From the NCBI GenBank assembly GCA_049646645.1, contig JBARWF010000051.1:18227-82226 (forward strand): DNA of 64,000 nt, written 5' to 3'. Below, piece by piece: positions 39,573 to 48,136 of this stretch (position 1 is its first letter; the number at the start of each line of letters is the position of its first letter). The notes beneath the pieces were generated by a model that was not told the DNA's origin, did not search any database, and saw only the letters and a list, made by a program, of their open reading frames with translations. Source of the DNA: Thermomicrobiales bacterium (lineage in GTDB: Bacteria > Chloroflexota > Chloroflexia > Thermomicrobiales > UBA6265). The position numbers were made by a program, and so were the translations under genes.

Positions 39573-40520
39573 ATGCTCAATCGTATCCTGCAACGCATCG
39601 TGCTGCTGATCGTGACGGTGATCTCGACGTCGTCCGCAATCTTCGTGCTGCTTCACGCCGCCGGCGACCCGACCCAGGGCTTTCTGCCGCCCGGCGCGTC
39701 TCCTGAGCTCCGGGCCCAGGTTCGCGCCCGGCTCGGGCTCGATGACCCGATCCTCGTGCAGTACATCCGCTTCATCTGCAATGGTCTTCGCGGGGACTTT
39801 GGCGACTCGTGGCGGGATCGCCAGCCGGCGCTGCAATCGGTGCTCGACCGGTTGCCGGCGACCATGCTGCTCGCGCTCGTGGCGGTGGCGCTGGCGACGG
39901 TCATTGGCGGCGCTCTCGCCGTGCTCGGCGTCTCCGTTCGTGTGCGCTCCCTGCGCCGCGTGCTCAATCTGATCGGGCTGCTCGGTCAGGCGATTCCAAG
40001 CTTCTGGCTGGGAACGCTCTTCATCCTGATCTTCGCCGTTCGGCTCAACTGGCTGCCGTCGTCAGGCAACGCGAGCTGGCGGTCGCTGATCCTGCCCGCG
40101 CTGACGCTGGCCGCGTACCCGGCCTCGATGATCGCTCGGCTCCTGCAGAGCAGTCTGCTGGAGGCTTCCGCCCAATCCTACGTGCGGACGGCTCGCTCCA
40201 AGGGGGTGCATGAGCGCGTCGTCTGGCTGCGGCACGCCCTGCCAAACGCCTTGCTCCCAACGCTCGGGTATGTTGGCATTCAGCTCGGGTTCCTCGTGGG
40301 CGGGACCGTGGTCGTGGAATCGGTCTTCGCCTATCCGGGTGTGGGACGGCTCGCGCTGCAGGCAGCCTCGGAGCGCGATATACCGGTCGTGCATGCCTTC
40401 GCGGTCGTGGTCGCGATTGCCGTTGTGCTGATTGGCTTCGCGATCGATCTCACCGCGGCGGCGCTCGATCCTCGACTGCGCGACAGCGAGCGGATGGCGG
40501 GGATGGCCAATCATGGCTGA
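39573..40520 (+). CDS. Opp/Dpp/Nik-family ABC transporter permease (DppB-like)
   Basis: MLNRILQRIVLLIVTV.. N-terminus and the multi-TM topology typical of DppB/OppB. The ORF opens at 39510. Confidence 0.9.
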   Translation: MLNRILQRIVLLIVTVISTSSAIFVLLHAAGDPTQGFLPPGASPELRAQVRARLGLDDPILVQYIRFICNGLRGDFGDSWRDRQPALQSVLDRLPATMLLALVAVALATVIGGALAVLGVSVRVRSLRRVLNLIGLLGQAIPSFWLGTLFILIFAVRLNWLPSSGNASWRSLILPALTLAAYPASMIARLLQSSLLEASAQSYVRTARSKGVHERVVWLRHALPNALLPTLGYVGIQLGFLVGGTVVVESVFAYPGVGRLALQAASERDIPVVHAFAVVVAIAVVLIGFAIDLTAAALDPRLRDSERMAGMANHG

Positions 40521-41448
40521 CCTCTCGATCCTGCCGCTGAAAGGCCGCCGGGTGGGTGCGCATCAGGAGATGCGAGGTGCCGAATCCGAGCGGGCAGAGC
40601 GACGGCGAGTGCCCGTTGCTTCGTGGCGCACGGCTTCCCTCGTGATGCTTGTGCCGGTCGTTGCCTTCCTTGCGATGGCGCTCGTCCTCCCGCTCTTCTT
40701 GCACGCGAGCCCGACGTCGCAGGATCTGCTGGGGCGCCTGGCACCGCCGGCCTTCATGGACGGTGGTTCCTGGGCGCATCCGCTCGGGACGGACGGTCTC
40801 GGGCGCGATATCCTCGCCCGCGTTGTCCACGGCGCGCGACTCTCCCTCCTGATCGGCCTCGTTGCCGCGACCGGCACAGCCGTGATCGGGGTCCTGGCAG
40901 GCATGCTCGCTGGTTCGGGCGGGCGCATGCTCGACGGCGCCGTGATGCTGGTCGTGGATGTGGTGATGGCGGTGCCGTTCGTCGTGATCGGCATCGTCCT
41001 CACGTCGATTCTCGGCCAGAGCCTGACGAACGTGCTCGTCATCCTGATCGTGGCCGGCTGGGTGACCTACGCGCGGATCATCCGCCTGCAGACTCGCGCG
41101 CTGATCCGATCCGAGTTCATCCAGGCGTCGTTCGCTCTCGGTGCATCAAGATGGCATGTCTTTCGAAGTCATCTCCTGCCGAACCTGATGCCGGTGCTGG
41201 CGCTGCTCTTCTTCCAACAGATCGCCGCAATGATGCTCTTCGAGGCCTCATTGACGTATCTCGGACTCGGTCTGCCGGTCGAGCGCATCACCCTCGGCGG
41301 GATGGTGCACGACGGCCAGGAGCAGATCTTCAATGGCTGGTGGGTGAGCGTCTTTCCCGGTATCGCCATCGCACTCGCGGTCATTGGTTTCAACCTGCTT
41401 GCGGATTGGCTGCAAGAACGAAGTGATCCATTTCGGCGCTGGACATAA
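40513..41448 (+). CDS. Opp/Dpp/Nik-family ABC transporter permease (DppC-like)
   Basis: HPLGTDGLGRDILARVVHGARLSL motif typical of DppC/OppC. Its ATG overlaps the upstream stop (ATGGCTGA). Confidence 0.9.
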   Translation: MADLSILPLKGRRVGAHQEMRGAESERAERRRVPVASWRTASLVMLVPVVAFLAMALVLPLFLHASPTSQDLLGRLAPPAFMDGGSWAHPLGTDGLGRDILARVVHGARLSLLIGLVAATGTAVIGVLAGMLAGSGGRMLDGAVMLVVDVVMAVPFVVIGIVLTSILGQSLTNVLVILIVAGWVTYARIIRLQTRALIRSEFIQASFALGASRWHVFRSHLLPNLMPVLALLFFQQIAAMMLFEASLTYLGLGLPVERITLGGMVHDGQEQIFNGWWVSVFPGIAIALAVIGFNLLADWLQERSDPFRRWT

Positions 41449-41459
41449 AGGAATGGTGC

Positions 41460-43034
41460 ATGCGTCGAACGCAGACGAAACGAGGAGGTATGGAGGCATT
41501 GATGCGGGTAACAGGGGATTCCTTGAATCGCCGAAGGTTTGTGCAAACGGCGGGCGCAGCATCGCTCGCGCTGGCGGGGCTATGGAACAGAGGAGCGCTC
41601 GGGGAGGCATCGGTTCAGACGCCGGACCTGTTGCCCGAGTTGGTGATTGATCTCGATGGCGGGCCGGACAACCTCGATCCGGCGCTGACCTATTCGGTTC
41701 GTGACTGGTCGATTGCGCATTCGATCTACGACGCGCTGCTTCACTTCGACGCGAAGGGGGAGATCGTGCCCCTTGCGGCGGAATCGTTCACCACGAGTGA
41801 CGCCAGGACGTTCGAGGTGAAGCTGCGGCAGGGGTTGACGTTTCATGATGGGTCGCCGGTGACGTCAAAGGCGATCACGCGGGCCGTCGACCATCTCAAG
41901 GCGTCGGATTCGCAGATCGCGGATCTCTTCCGGGGCATCACGAGGGTCGAGGAGGTCGATGAGCTCAGCGCCCGGATCATCTCGGCGGAGCCCGCCGCCT
42001 GGTTGCCCTCGCAGATCGCCGTGTGGCTGATGCTCTTCCCCGAGGGGATGTCGGATGAAACGTGGACGACAGCGCCGGTGGGGTCGGGGCCATACAAGTT
42101 CGAGAGCTACGATCCGGGCAATCAGATCGTGCTCGTCCGGAACGAACACTACACCTGGGGCAGCCCGAAGGGGGTGCCGATGGCGGAGCGTGTGACCTAC
42201 CGGTTCGTGCCGGAGGCCGCCACGCGAGTCGCCGATCTCTCGACGAAGTCGGCCCAGATCATCATCTCCGTGCCGACGGATCAGCGGGAAGCTGTGAAGA
42301 ATGCGGGCGCGGAACCGGTAGTCGAGCCGATTCTCGGGACCGCGTTCCTGCGGATCGCGACCGATACAAAACCGTTTGACGATCCGCGGGTGCGGCAGGC
42401 GTTGAACTACGCCATCGACGCCGAGACGATCGCCACCCAACTGGTGGCGCCGGAGTCGCGGCGGCTGGCGTCGCTCTTTCCAGACCCGCGCGGGCTCGGC
42501 TTCGATCCCGGACTGAAGCCGTTCGCCTACGATCCCGGCCGTGCGCGGCAATTGCTGAACGAGGCGGAAGTGGGGGACGGATTCGCGACGACATTGGAAC
42601 TGGTGACGACGGAGCAGACGACGGTCGTGGAGGCGATCGCGGCGCAGCTCGGCGAGGTCGGGATCGATGTCACGATCCAGCAGACGGAGCTGGCGGCCTT
42701 CAACCAGGCATGGCCGGACGCGTCAGCGCCGCCGTTGCGATACGCGACGTGGCGTCCGATGTACGATCCGCACTCCCTGCTCAGTCTCATGTTCCTCAGC
42801 ACCGGGTTCCTTTCCCGGTACAAGGATCCAGAGGCGGACGCGCTGATCCTCGAGGCGGCGACGGAGCCGGACCCGTCGAAGCGGGAGTCGATCTATCAGG
42901 AACTTGGACGCCGCTTCCAGCAGGAGCCGGCGGCGGTCTATCTCTGGAATGTCACGTCGACGTATGGAGTCGCGCCGGACGCCGCATCCTGGCAGCCGCG
43001 TGGCGACGACTACGTCATCGCGACGCACTCGTAA
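41460..43034 (+). CDS. Family-5 ABC substrate-binding protein, copy 1 (Tat signal)
   Basis: Twin-arginine signal NRRRFVQTAGAASLALAG and an SBP_bac_5-like body (GSGPYKF.., DPRVRQALNYAID). Confidence 0.9.
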   Translation: MRRTQTKRGGMEALMRVTGDSLNRRRFVQTAGAASLALAGLWNRGALGEASVQTPDLLPELVIDLDGGPDNLDPALTYSVRDWSIAHSIYDALLHFDAKGEIVPLAAESFTTSDARTFEVKLRQGLTFHDGSPVTSKAITRAVDHLKASDSQIADLFRGITRVEEVDELSARIISAEPAAWLPSQIAVWLMLFPEGMSDETWTTAPVGSGPYKFESYDPGNQIVLVRNEHYTWGSPKGVPMAERVTYRFVPEAATRVADLSTKSAQIIISVPTDQREAVKNAGAEPVVEPILGTAFLRIATDTKPFDDPRVRQALNYAIDAETIATQLVAPESRRLASLFPDPRGLGFDPGLKPFAYDPGRARQLLNEAEVGDGFATTLELVTTEQTTVVEAIAAQLGEVGIDVTIQQTELAAFNQAWPDASAPPLRYATWRPMYDPHSLLSLMFLSTGFLSRYKDPEADALILEAATEPDPSKRESIYQELGRRFQQEPAAVYLWNVTSTYGVAPDAASWQPRGDDYVIATHS

Positions 43035-43053
43035 GAAAGATTGAGGAAAGCCC

Positions 43054-44640
43054 ATGAGTTTCCGGTCCACTGATTGTTCTAGCTGGACGGCTCAGATTGG
43101 GAGGACGCGCGTTTCCCGGCGCGGGCTGGTCCGCGGTAGCGGGGCGCTCGCGCTCTCCATGGCGGCGATGGGGGGAATCTCCCTTCCCGGTATGGCGGCC
43201 GCACAGGACGCGACTGATGACCACCTGTTCGATGTCGTGACGATCGATCTCTCGGGTGAGCCGGAGAGTATCGATCCCGCCAATGCTTACGCTCCACGCG
43301 ACTGGTCGATCGTCCATTCGATCTACGATGCGCCGGTCCAGATCGGGCCGAACGGCGAGATCGAGCCGCTGGCGGCGGAATCGCTGACTTTCCTCGATTC
43401 GAAGACGATCGAGATCAAGCTTCGGTCGGGCATCCACTTTCACGACGGCGCGCCGCTGACATCCGCGGCGATCACCCGGTCGGTTGCACACCTGAAATCG
43501 TCCGATTCCAAGGTTGTTGATCTCTTCAACGTCATCACCGAGGTCAAGGAGATCGACGAGTTGACGGCCCACATCATCACGTCGGAGCCCTCGCCGTCAT
43601 TGCCCTCGCAGATGGTGGCCTATTTGCTCTTGCTGCCCGAGGGGGCGACCGCCGAATCGATGGCGACCACGCCGATCGGGACCGGTCCCTACAAGTTTGT
43701 CGAATACGTCTCCGGAAGCGAGATCACGCTCGCACGCAACGAGAAGTACACCTGGGGGAGCCCGAAGGGGACGCCGATCGCGGAGAAGGCGGTTTACCGC
43801 TTCGTGCCGGAGATGGCGACTCGCGTCGCCGATCTCTCGTCGGCCGTCGCCGATATCATCATCGAGATCCCGACCGATCAGAAGGCGGCGATCGAGGCCG
43901 CGGGCGCCATCGCGGTCGATGTGGCGCTGGTCGGATCCGCTTTCGTGCGTCTCATCACCGATCAAAAGCCGTTCGATGACCCCCGGGTGCGGCAGGCCAT
44001 GAACCATGCCGTAGATGTGCAATCGATCGCGACCGCCCTCGTCTCGCCGGAGGCGAAGCGCCTGGCCGGGATCTATCCGGACAAGCGCAGCATGGGGTTC
44101 GATCCCGACCTGGCGCCGTATCCATACGATCCGGACAAGGCGCGGGCATTGCTTGCCGAGGCGGGGCTGGCGAATGGATTTGATGTCGATTTTGATATCA
44201 CCACCGCCGCGCGCAAGGAGATCGCCGAGGCGATCGCGGCCCAGCTCGCCGAGGTCGGCATTCGCACGACGATCAAGGCGCATCCGTATACGGAGTTCAA
44301 CGCCACATTCAAGGAGGGCACCGCTCCGCTGCGGATGCTGACCTGGAGCGGGCTCTATGACCCGCAGACGCTCCTCAGCCTCGTCTTCGCGAAGGACGGA
44401 TACCTCTCGCGGTATACGAATGCGGAGGCCGACAAGCTGATCGCCGAGGCGGCTGTCGAGACGGATGCCTCCAAGCGGACCCAACTTTACCGGCAGCTCG
44501 GCAAGGTGATGTATGACGATCCGGCGGCGATCTATCTCTGGAATCTGACGGCGATGTATGGGGTCAGCCAGCGCGCGAAGGCATGGCAGCCGCGCGGCGA
44601 CGAATATGTGCTGCCGGTCGTGACGAGTGACGCGGGATGA
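43054..44640 (+). CDS. Family-5 ABC substrate-binding protein, copy 2 (Tat signal)
   Basis: Collinear paralog of 41460..43034, roughly half identical by eye. Signal SRRGLVRGSGALALS. Confidence 0.9.
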   Translation: MSFRSTDCSSWTAQIGRTRVSRRGLVRGSGALALSMAAMGGISLPGMAAAQDATDDHLFDVVTIDLSGEPESIDPANAYAPRDWSIVHSIYDAPVQIGPNGEIEPLAAESLTFLDSKTIEIKLRSGIHFHDGAPLTSAAITRSVAHLKSSDSKVVDLFNVITEVKEIDELTAHIITSEPSPSLPSQMVAYLLLLPEGATAESMATTPIGTGPYKFVEYVSGSEITLARNEKYTWGSPKGTPIAEKAVYRFVPEMATRVADLSSAVADIIIEIPTDQKAAIEAAGAIAVDVALVGSAFVRLITDQKPFDDPRVRQAMNHAVDVQSIATALVSPEAKRLAGIYPDKRSMGFDPDLAPYPYDPDKARALLAEAGLANGFDVDFDITTAARKEIAEAIAAQLAEVGIRTTIKAHPYTEFNATFKEGTAPLRMLTWSGLYDPQTLLSLVFAKDGYLSRYTNAEADKLIAEAAVETDASKRTQLYRQLGKVMYDDPAAIYLWNLTAMYGVSQRAKAWQPRGDEYVLPVVTSDAG

Positions 44641-45299
44641 TCGGGTCCTCTTACGAAGAACAGCTCCCCGAGCGTTCCCACGATCTCTTCGCAGTGATTC
44701 CGGGCCGGTCCTCGGTGCGGGCCTTTCGGCCGGACCCGGTCCCCGGGGAGCTGATCCGGAATGCGATCGAGGCGGCCGGCTGGGCTCCTTCACCGCATGG
44801 CACGCAGCCGTGGCGCTTCGTCGTGATCGAATCACCGGAGATGCGGCACCGCCTCGCGAACGCGATGGCGGCCACCTGGCGCGACCAGCTGCGGCAGGAT
44901 GGGGAACATCCGGAGAAGATCGAGCACCGCGTGCGCCGGAGCCAGGAGCGCCTGACGACGGCGCCGGTCGTGGTGATGCTCTGCCTTTATCTGGAGCACG
45001 CGGCGGAGTATCCAGATGCGGAACGGCAGGAGGCCGAGGAGTTGATGGCGGTACAGAGCTTGGGCGCGGCGGCGCAGAACTTTCTGCTGGCGTTGCACGC
45101 GCAGGGGCTCGACGCGGGCTGGATGTGTGCGCCGCTCTTTTGTCCGGCTCTCGTGCGTGATGAAATTGGGCTGGCGGCGGAATTGATTCCGCACGCGATG
45201 TTCCCGTTGGGGCGGATGGCCGCGCCTCCGAAGCGTCGGCCGCGCCTGGCGGTGGATGAGCTCATCGCCGAATGGATTGGCGATGTCGTAAATCCGTAG
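44637..45299 (+). CDS. Nitroreductase-fold flavoprotein resembling the C-terminal domain of FbiB
   Basis: 220 aa. RSSVRAFRPDPVP, APSPHGTQPWRFVVI, W..QLRQDG..IEHRVRRSQ and YPDAERQEAEELMAVQSLGAAAQN blocks are collinear with my recollection of the mycobacterial FbiB C-terminal domain. Its ATG overlaps the SBP stop (ATGA). Confidence 0.8.
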   Translation: MIGSSYEEQLPERSHDLFAVIPGRSSVRAFRPDPVPGELIRNAIEAAGWAPSPHGTQPWRFVVIESPEMRHRLANAMAATWRDQLRQDGEHPEKIEHRVRRSQERLTTAPVVVMLCLYLEHAAEYPDAERQEAEELMAVQSLGAAAQNFLLALHAQGLDAGWMCAPLFCPALVRDEIGLAAELIPHAMFPLGRMAAPPKRRPRLAVDELIAEWIGDVVNP

Positions 45300-45301
45300 G
45301 A

Positions 45302-45434
45302 TGCGATTGCATGTCAGCAGCCGCCTCGGAACCGATCGGGAGGGCCACAAGCCCGATATCCTGACACGCGATCGTTGGGATGGCGATATGGCTCTGCGCG
45401 TCGACGGTGGGACACAGGGCCGCTACCCACGAAT
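45302..45434 (+). repeat. Intergenic repeat, copy A
   Basis: The first 60 nt are 55/60 identical to the reverse complement of 49625..49684. Further shared blocks GCGATATGGCyCTGCG, GACACAGGG and ACGAA. Confidence 0.7.
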
Positions 45435-45453
45435 CGTGCAGGCCCGTTCATTG

Positions 45454-45723
45454 TCAGAAGACCAGCCAGGCGCCGATCAGGCCGAGCGCGAGCACGAAGA
45501 GGACGATGCTCGCGATGCCGAGCCCTGTCAGCCAGGCAAGCAGTCCGCCCGCGATCAGGAGCACGACGAGCGCGATCAGGTAATTGCGCTGGAGGGCAGT
45601 CAGTTGGAGGGAGCGATCATTAACGACCCACGGATCGGGAGAGGGACGCACGGCGTCGCCCGCGAGAACCTGGCGCGCGCTTTGAAGGCGGTGTCTTTTC
45701 TGCTGGCGGTTATTCTGGCTCAC
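45454..45723 (-). CDS. Small hypothetical membrane protein
   Basis: 89-aa ORF with two C-terminal hydrophobic helices (YLIALVVLLIAGGLLAWL, IASIVLFVLALGLIGAWLVF). Confidence 0.5.
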   Translation of the reverse strand: MSQNNRQQKRHRLQSARQVLAGDAVRPSPDPWVVNDRSLQLTALQRNYLIALVVLLIAGGLLAWLTGLGIASIVLFVLALGLIGAWLVF

Positions 45724-45754
45724 GGAACGCTCCCTTCGAGGCGCGACGCGGAAA

Positions 45755-45964
45755 CTACGGCGCAGGAGTCGGCCGGTGCTCGCTGGTGCCGAGCCTGGCG
45801 ACGCGCTCCCAGATCAGCACGACCGCGATCTTCACGACTCCGGCCCATGTCAGCATGATCCCTGCCAGTAGCCAGACCACGCTGAGGCCAGCGAGCATCG
45901 CGGCGGCGATGGTGAGAAGACCGGCAAGGGTGATCGCCCAGGATGTGATACGAAGGTAGCGCAT
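45755..45964 (-). CDS. Small hypothetical membrane protein
   Basis: 69-aa ORF with two predicted TM helices, upstream of and co-oriented with 45454..45723. Confidence 0.5.
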   Translation of the reverse strand: MRYLRITSWAITLAGLLTIAAAMLAGLSVVWLLAGIMLTWAGVVKIAVVLIWERVARLGTSEHRPTPAP

Positions 45965-45988
45965 GATGAACAGCTTTCCGAATCGCGG

Positions 45989-46786
45989 TTACGATGGGTT
46001 CTCGGCGATGACGATGATGCGGTCGGATTCGTCGGTCAGCGGGCCGAGCTCGTAGCTTCCGAAGACATTCCAGTGCGCGTAGCCGGCCAGTTCCAGCATC
46101 AGTTCCAGCTCGTGCGGGTGAACGTAGCGCAAGGGGAACTGGGTCCGCGTCCGCCGGAGCATGCCGTCAGGACTGACGCTATCGTACCAGAGGGCGGTGT
46201 CCAGAATCTGGTCGGCGGAGAAGAGCACGCGGTGCGACCACTTGTCGATCACCGTGCCGTCCTCCTGCGTCCACGTCCCCTCCAGATGCGAGCGCGACGT
46301 GAGGTGCTGTAGCTGCTCGTGACTGGGATTCATCGTGTCGATCACAAGGTGGCCCCCGGGCTGGAGCGCTTTCCTGGCGGCCGCCAGGGCCGCGCGCTGG
46401 GTCGCGGGGTCGTCGAGGTGCATCAGGGCGTTGAGGGAGAAGAGGACGAGGCCGAACGGGCCGCCCGGCGCGTTGGGAGCATCGTACATCTCCCCCTCGA
46501 AGAGCGTGATCTTGCGGCCGGCCTTGCTTCCCGCGATGCGCCGCCGGGCGCGGTCGAGCATCACCGGCGACGCATCGAGTCCGGTCACCGGGCGCCCGGT
46601 CTCGGCGATGGGTATCAGCAGGCGGCCGGTGCCGGCGCCCAATTCGAGGACGGGGCCCTCGATCGATTCCAGCAATCCGAGGTAGAGCTCGGTATCCTCG
46701 TCGTAGTCGTCGTGCTCCAGATCGTAGAGCTTAGCGATTCGGGCGTATGGGTCATGTGGGGTGTGGTCGTCATCACGCTCATTCAT
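45989..46786 (-). CDS. Class I SAM-dependent methyltransferase
   Basis: Motif I VLELGAGTGR and downstream motifs. Confidence 0.85.
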   Translation of the reverse strand: MNERDDDHTPHDPYARIAKLYDLEHDDYDEDTELYLGLLESIEGPVLELGAGTGRLLIPIAETGRPVTGLDASPVMLDRARRRIAGSKAGRKITLFEGEMYDAPNAPGGPFGLVLFSLNALMHLDDPATQRAALAAARKALQPGGHLVIDTMNPSHEQLQHLTSRSHLEGTWTQEDGTVIDKWSHRVLFSADQILDTALWYDSVSPDGMLRRTRTQFPLRYVHPHELELMLELAGYAHWNVFGSYELGPLTDESDRIIVIAENPS

Positions 46787-47023
46787 GCGCTCATTTTACC
46801 CCCGTCTTCGCGATGATGTGTCGGGCAGGAGTGCCCGGATTGAGCGACGGTTGCTTTTTCCAGGGATCGTGTTCGCCTAGGTATCGGCATCGACTCGGGC
46901 CTCCTCAAGGAGTCCCCGAGTCGAGCACATACCCGCGATTTGGACAGAGCGGAACATGCCCTTCGACCGATAATCGGGCAAGATGTTTGACGCTGCTTGT
47001 CGCTGCCCTCTATAGTGCTGCCT

Positions 47024-47515
47024 ATGGCGAAGAAGAGCGCAGGCGCGAAGCAGGCAACGCCACGCGGAGACCGGGTGGTGGCGCAGAACCGACGCGCCTT
47101 TCATGACTATTTCATAGACGAGACGATCGAGGCGGGGATCTCGTTGACGGGGTCGGAGATCAAGTCGATTCGCGATGGCAAGGTCACCATCAGCGAGGCT
47201 TACGTGCGCGTCGACAACGGCGAGCTGTGGCTGATCGGCTCCCACATCAACCCGTACACGCATGGTGCCTACGCGAACCATGAGCCCGACCGCCCGCGCA
47301 AGCTGCTAGTGCACAAGCGGGAGATCGTCGAGCTGCGGGAGGCGACCGAGCGCAAAGGCCTGACGATCGTGCCGCTGCGGGTGCGGATCCGGAACGGCCG
47401 GGCGAAGGTCGATATCGGTGTGGCGCGCGGCAAGCACCTCTACGACAAGCGCCAATCCGAGATTGCGCGGGATGCCAAGCGGGACATGGCACGCGCGATC
47501 CGGAACCGTGAGTAG
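47024..47515 (+). CDS. smpB: SsrA-binding protein SmpB
   Basis: NRRAFHDYFI..TGSEIKSIR..LLVHKREI.. canonical SmpB. ATG 47024 (MAKKS); the ORF opens at 46997. Confidence 0.95.
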   Translation: MAKKSAGAKQATPRGDRVVAQNRRAFHDYFIDETIEAGISLTGSEIKSIRDGKVTISEAYVRVDNGELWLIGSHINPYTHGAYANHEPDRPRKLLVHKREIVELREATERKGLTIVPLRVRIRNGRAKVDIGVARGKHLYDKRQSEIARDAKRDMARAIRNRE

Positions 47516-47606
47516 CCGGATTCCTGGCCAGCACGGCCCGCCACCACGTCATAACGAAACATCTGTGCTATACTGATCGTCTGGCAGACAGACTGCCTGT
47601 GAACCT

Positions 47607-47968
47607 GGGGATGCCTGGATTCGACAGGGTCAATCGTCAGGCCATTGCACGTCGAGAGCGCCCGAGGCCTCGTAAAAAACGGGCAATACAGTAGCTGCGA
47701 AACCACAGCTCGCTTACGCTGCCTAAGTCTTAGACCTCTAGTCAGCGCGTCCAGCCGGACCTTCCTTCACCGGGACCGGGTCTGGGCGTCACCAAGGTGA
47801 AGTGCGACGACCTAGTCCGCTGGAGCGCGGTCGTCCAAGGCAGTCCAGCTCACCGGCCAGGAACCCTGTCGATGGGGGTCTTGCCCGGCACATAAATCAT
47901 CGACTAAACGTGTAGTAGATGTCCGACCGTTGGTTCTGGACGGGGGTTCGATTCCCCCCATCTCCACA
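47607..47968 (+). ncRNA. ssrA: tmRNA (SsrA)
   Basis: 5' GGGGATGCCTGGATTCGACAGGG and 3' GGACGGGGGTTCGATTCCCCCCATCTCCA form the tRNA-like domain. Internal tag ORF 47682-47726: GNTVAAKPQLAYAA*. Terminal CCA not encoded. Confidence 0.9.
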
Positions 47969-47977
47969 AATGCATGC

Positions 47978-48018
47978 AGAAGGGGTCCCGAGCAATCGGG
48001 GCCCCTTCTGTATTTGTT
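47978..48018 (+). terminator. Intrinsic terminator after ssrA
   Basis: AGAAGGGGTCCCGA-GCAA-TCGGGGCCCCTTCT hairpin followed by GTATTTGTT. Confidence 0.6.
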
Positions 48019-48136
48019 CACGTCGTTCCCATTCTGCTCACGGTGGTATCGACCTGCGAACATTAGGGCCACGTGTCCGGTGCCGCCCGACCATAACCAT
48101 GCGCATCGGATCTGCGTACCGGGCGATTGATGGTGG

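Noticed and set aside
45301-45858. 185-aa ORF sharing the peptide RLHVSSR.G.DR.GHKPDI with ORF 49524..49829
   Set aside because: The similarity comes from the DNA repeat. All nucleotide differences in the shared core would be non-synonymous. Both ORFs overlap better-supported features.
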